NCBI RefSeq assembly: GCF_009914755.1
Contig: NC_060927.1
Source: the human T2T-CHM13v2.0 reference genome, Homo sapiens
Strand: one strand, 5' to 3'
Length of the DNA: 64,000 nucleotides
The position numbers and the translations under genes are program-made. Shown here piece by piece: positions 58,641 through 64,000 of the stretch. The notes beneath the pieces were generated by a model. The model made no database searches and was not told the DNA's origin. It worked only from the letters and a program-made list of their open reading frames with translations. Every line of letters begins with the position of its first letter. Within the stretch, counting starts at the first letter, position 1.

Positions 58641-61139
58641 ACATACATACATACATACATACATATATACATACATATATAAATTAACCTTTCTTATCCT
58701 GCTTCTAAACAAAGGTAAGGGCCACCCAGTCAATGCTTTGTATTCTTCCAATATTCTTTCCTAGAACTTCTTCAAAGGCTCTCATGAAGCACTGGTGAAA
58801 CTGGAAATCACTGAATTTTACTACCATTTTAACCAAGGCTGAATCAAATAATTTAGAAGTTAATATTGTTTATTTACCCAGGGTCTATCTACCCACATTA
58901 CTCTCATTTTGTTCACAAATTATCTAATTTCCTACTGCATCTGGCTTTGCTTATTTTGGGTTTTCATTGCTCCTGAAGATTTTTCTGGCAAATTCTGGGT
59001 TTCTGCCCCTCGTAATCCTTCTGTGGACATTCAACATGAAATACTAACGTTCCTAGGCCACTGGACTCTTGGAAAGCTAATGCTGTGAAATCTTTGCTTT
59101 GTAATAGCCCTATACTTTGTTCAATATCTATTTCATCTGTGTAACAAGTATTATAAATAATAAAAGTTGGGAGTCTCCAGTAACTGAGAAAATTCTACCC
59201 AAAGTCAACATATTTATGTTAAACAAAAGGTAGTTTGTATTCTCAAAATGAATTGAGTTATTGGGTCTGACATCCTCCTGATTAAAATGTAAACTTATTA
59301 TTGAGTAACGAACTTTGAACATAGTCAGAATTTTAGAGAAACATCAATTTAAAATATATAATTAAACAGACAGAGGGCTGTAAGTTCATCTGACAGAATA
59401 TGTTTACTTTTGTTGAAATGTTAATGATGTCAGTGATACTTCCCTGTCCCCCTTCATTAATCTTGGGAAAATAAACTATCTGTTTCTCCTCAAAGCTTTG
59501 TTCTCCTCACTCCATTTCTTCTTGTCCTCACCCAGAAGCTAATGAAGTAAAAGCTTTAGGGCTTCTTAGGCTAACACCCCTTCTAAGATCTTGTATCTAA
59601 ATGTGTGGTTATAATTGTGTAGGCTTTATCCTAAAGAGGATAAAAATTGCATAAGATTCAGACGCTACTCAACCTGGATCTGCCTTACGTGAGTTGTAAA
59701 TATTTCAGTCAACTTGCAATTACTGCTCATATTTTTGTTTCTCTGTACTTGCAGCCGAGGAAAATCCTTTGGAGTGGCTCATGGACATCAGTCCCCCTGA
59801 TACAAAAGCTTATTTTGGCAAGAAAGTGGCAAAGAATTACAAGTCAGGATAGAGGCTAAACATGAATTTTAGATCTAAATTTCTATCAATAGGTAATTAG
59901 ATGAAAAACAATAATAAGGTAGATCCATATCAGAGACAAAGTGGAGGCCTCTAGTCCTAAATGGGCCTGAATAATTTAGAAATGTAACTTAAAAATGTTT
60001 GGTTTTGGGAACATTTTATGTAAAAATTCAGGTGTCAAAAATCAGACCTGATAAAACTGGGTATAAATGCTCTGGCCTGAATATATTTCCTATCTACCTC
60101 CCTTCACTCATTTTCAAGGCCTGCCTGTCCCCACCTAAGTTAAATTTAGGCAAGCCCAAAGGGTTATTATTAAAGTTATATTCCTCAAATTATGGAAATA
60201 ATGCCCAAGAGATATTAATTATTAAAAAAAATAAATCAACTGACATAATAGCATTCATAATAGCATTCATACTATGTTTCAACTTTTATTTTAAATGATT
60301 TATATAATTTCTAAGATGAATTCAAATTATTTATTATGGTATACAGTATTTTTTAATATTCAGCAGAAAAAATTAAGCACAAATTTTATTTTAAATAACA
60401 TTTCCTACCACCTTTAAATATAACTTCAGTAGCAGACACTGTGTTGATGGTTTGGCTAAAGGAGGACAAGAAAATAGGACCTGCTCAAATTCATGCATGG
60501 TGGCAACAAAAATTCAGGGATCATGGCACCAAAAATCTTGTTTTCCAGGATGGATCACAGACTGAGGAAGCACAGATTATACATTTAGAGCCGACATTCA
60601 TTTCTTCACAGCAGTATTAGAAAAGAAAAGCCACAGTCGATGCCATTTCCATCTAGCTGCATCCAAGCCTTTCTGCATACAGAGAAATATCTAATTACCC
60701 AATACACTAGAGCAACGTGTGGGGATTGTTTTAATATATATTCACAGCATGTGTCATTATGGCTCCTGGCGGCTATTAAAAGGGTGGGCTAGCAACATGA
60801 ATTAACAATAACACATTTGGTATATGATGGCTTTATAATGCCTAAAGCATTTAGCTAGTCTCATTATTCTTAATGTGCCCTACAGCTCACAAGAATCATG
60901 TAACTGTGTATTCAGCTGGTCCCAAATGCTAAATGGAAAGCAAAATATCTCCTAAAAGTAGTTCTGAGTAACTGCTATGTCTAGTTTTCTTCCTTTTTCA
61001 TCAACTAACATGGCATATGTTATAATCAACAGATAGTTCTGTTTTCAGAACGTTTTTTTCCTTTTGTTTTAGACAAGCAGAACAACTCATAATAGTAGAC
61101 AACTTCACCAGGAGAACAGCAGTTCAGTACAACAGGAAG

Positions 61140-61870
61140 GCCAGTGTCTCCCCAGTACCACCTGCTTAAGCTACTACAAGGGTTCCCTTAACAGAGATGC
61201 CTGCCTCTATCCATCCTCCTACAGCCCATTCTCCAGTCAGCAACTACAGACATCTGTGAAAATATCAGATCGTATCACATTACTCTTCAGCTAAAAGTAC
61301 TCCAGTGGCTTCAATATGTACTAAGAATAAAATGCAAACTTCTGGTCATTTCCCACAAGGCTCCTTCATGCGGTGGCTGCCTACTTATCTCTGCAACTTC
61401 TGTTTGTACCATTCTCATTACTAAACCTGAAACACGGCGCACACCTGTAATCCCAGCTCATAGTCATTCCAGTCATTCCACACTTTTAGCATTTCATGGA
61501 CCCTCAGCCTGGAATACCCTTCCCATAGATCTTTTAATGACTGGCTCCTTCTCCTTCTTCAGAATTCTGCCTAAAATTGATCTCCTCAGAGACTATCCTA
61601 TCTGTAGCAACCATTTTTTCCCAATTCTCTATCGCTGTCCTATTTAATTTTTTTTTTAATTAGGCCTAGTAGAGTGAAATTAGTTGTTTTTTCAGCATGA
61701 TTTCTTATCAACTATCCCTATATAAATGTGGGTATGCACACACACAGAAATTCGCATTCCATTAGGAGCACGGCCTTATCTATCTTTCCTATTATCACCT
61801 CCCCAGTACGTGGAACAGATACTGGTAGGCAGTAAGTGCTCAAAAATTATTGGGCATGGACAAACGAACC
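61140..61870 (+). mobile_element. L2
   Basis: 'ctccagtggcttc...agaataaaatgcaaact', 'agcctggaatacccttccc', 'gcagtaagtgctcaaaaat'. Confidence 0.8.
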
Positions 61871-61987
61871 TGCTAGTTAAGCATTTCCATCCAGGAGACA
61901 ATCAAGGGAGCTCAACTTGGGAATGTATTCAAATCAACTCTTTGAAATTCCATCTAACAACACAGGAAATCATTCTCTCTTATTTAT

Positions 61988-62025
61988 TTATTCATGCATT
62001 CATTCATTCATTCATTCATTCATTC
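61988..62025. repeat. (TTCA)n tetranucleotide repeat
   Basis: About 8 ATTC units. Confidence 0.85.
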
Positions 62026-62238
62026 TGAGCCAGGATTCAAGTCCTAGTCCCTCTTACTAGGGCAGAAAAAGTATAAGCTCTCGAGAAGAAATTATATTCT
62101 TCTACCCTCCCCTCCCTGTTCTTCAACTTCAGTCATTCACCTGCTCTCTGGTATGGTTTCTGCCACTTCTGTGTATTACAGGTACCAACTTTCACTCAAT
62201 GCTCTTTTCACCTTTTTACAATAGCCTCACACTAAGCA

Positions 62239-62732
<494 letters not shown>

Positions 62733-62984
62733 CAGTAATAACTTTAGGATAAAGAGTTTGCTAGGACTAGTTTTTCCTGAATTACATTACAATTACTCCT
62801 TGACTATTAAAACACATACCCATACGTATGCATTTACACGTATTTTTCCATCTACAATAGTCTCCTCCAACATTTGGGAAAACTGGATCAGAGATGAAGG
62901 AAGACTTTCTTCCAGGGATAGAGGCTCCCCTCAGGCAGAATGACATTGCAGAGTCCCTGGAGGGCTCCTAACTTTTACTAGGCA

Positions 62985-63190
62985 CTCAGTGGTGTCATGC
63001 TCTGTGCTTTATTTATTACAATACCCCTTTGAGGAGGTATTCATATAATGTATTTTGCAGGGGAGGACCCAGGTACAGGGAGCTTAAGTCAATAGGACAA
63101 GGTCACATAGCTAGCAAAAGGCAGAAGTCGTGTTCAAATGCAGGTCCATCTGGGCACCAGATCCATTCTTGGAACCGCTGAATCATACAT
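62985..63190 (-). mobile_element. MIR
   Basis: 'ttttgcaggggaggacccagg...caaggtcacatagctag...ttcaaatgcagg'. Confidence 0.75.
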
Positions 63191-64000
63191 CATCTTTGCA
63201 ACACGTAAGCGATCCATGCTTTGTTTTACAATATACTTCTTTCCTAAGGTGGTAATCCGAGAGCTTTTATTTACTTATTTTATTTACTAATCTAAAAACT
63301 GCACACACCCACCTTCCCTTCAATATTCCCAAGTAACAAGCTTGTTGAGAAACCCTACTGAAAACAAGCTGAGCCTTCTTTTCATTACTCAGTGATTTTT
63401 AAGTGTTGCTAGTTTTTATACCATTAGACTTTTATTTTCATAATTATAGGCTGCCATGGGCTTCTTCCAAAGCCCCCTGCCAAGTCTTCATTCCTACATA
63501 CAGGTGCTAATTGCTTTCTTAGCACCACTGGTTATTCTCTGAACCTTTGGATTTCACCACCTACAATAGGACCCTGGGTTTTTCTCCCCTTCAGTAACCC
63601 TTAGCACAATGGTCACAGTCACTCCATGGCTGACTTGGTTCTGGCCCACAAGTCTCATCTCCTCATTCTCAAAGCGGAGTCAAGTTAATTCTGTGCCCGT
63701 GCTGCGTCCTGTTCTCTCTCAATTCTTGGTCGTGGTGCTTGATCCTCAGGTTAAAGCAACTGAACTCTAGTAGCTTTGAAACAAACTTGTATGTTTCCTC
63801 CTCCCCTCCATATAGTGTGAACTATATATAACTTAAACATTAACAATAATAGCAAACTTTTATTGAGTTCCTATCAGTCTCCACACCAAAGCCTCTCAAC
63901 AAATTTATTTCGTAAAAAACAAACAAAAACGAGCAAACCTCCCTGTGGAGGAGTACCGATTTTATCCCCCTTCCGCTATCTTCCAGAAGACAGCACTGAG

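Noticed and set aside
60244-60271. 12-bp tandem duplication 'cataatagcatt'
   Set aside because: Ordinary micro-duplication

Overview
This is primate (very likely human) nuclear DNA, not prokaryotic. It is AT-rich, CpG-depleted non-coding sequence dense in interspersed repeats: about 19 Alu/FLAM copies (J, S and Y ages), L1 fragments from young L1PA3-like to ancient L1M, L2, MIR, MaLR/ERV1 LTRs, and the DNA transposons MER20, MER3, MER33, MER103, Charlie1 and MADE1. I found no host protein-coding exon, RNA gene or CpG-island promoter that I can support. The ORFs in the track are Alu/L1 read-throughs, low-complexity sequence or chance ORFs; two carry recognisable L1 ORF2p remnants. L1 orientation bias and repeat-free blocks rich in homeodomain motifs suggest a large intron, possibly of a minus-strand gene, or a regulatory desert; I cannot name the locus. 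I did not find a new biological system. The most interesting directly visible structures are rearrangement scars: (1) a MADE1 hairpin split by an Alu that itself carries a 100-bp copy of DNA from 2 kb upstream; (2) a poly(A)-only insertion with a target-site duplication (TSD); (3) an L1PA3-like 3' end inside an Alu linker; (4) an 84-bp internal Alu duplication; (5) a perfect 34-bp duplication in an ancient L1; (6) a 23-bp Alu snippet inside an L2. Subfamily calls come from remembered consensus diagnostics, and boundaries of old repeats are approximate.
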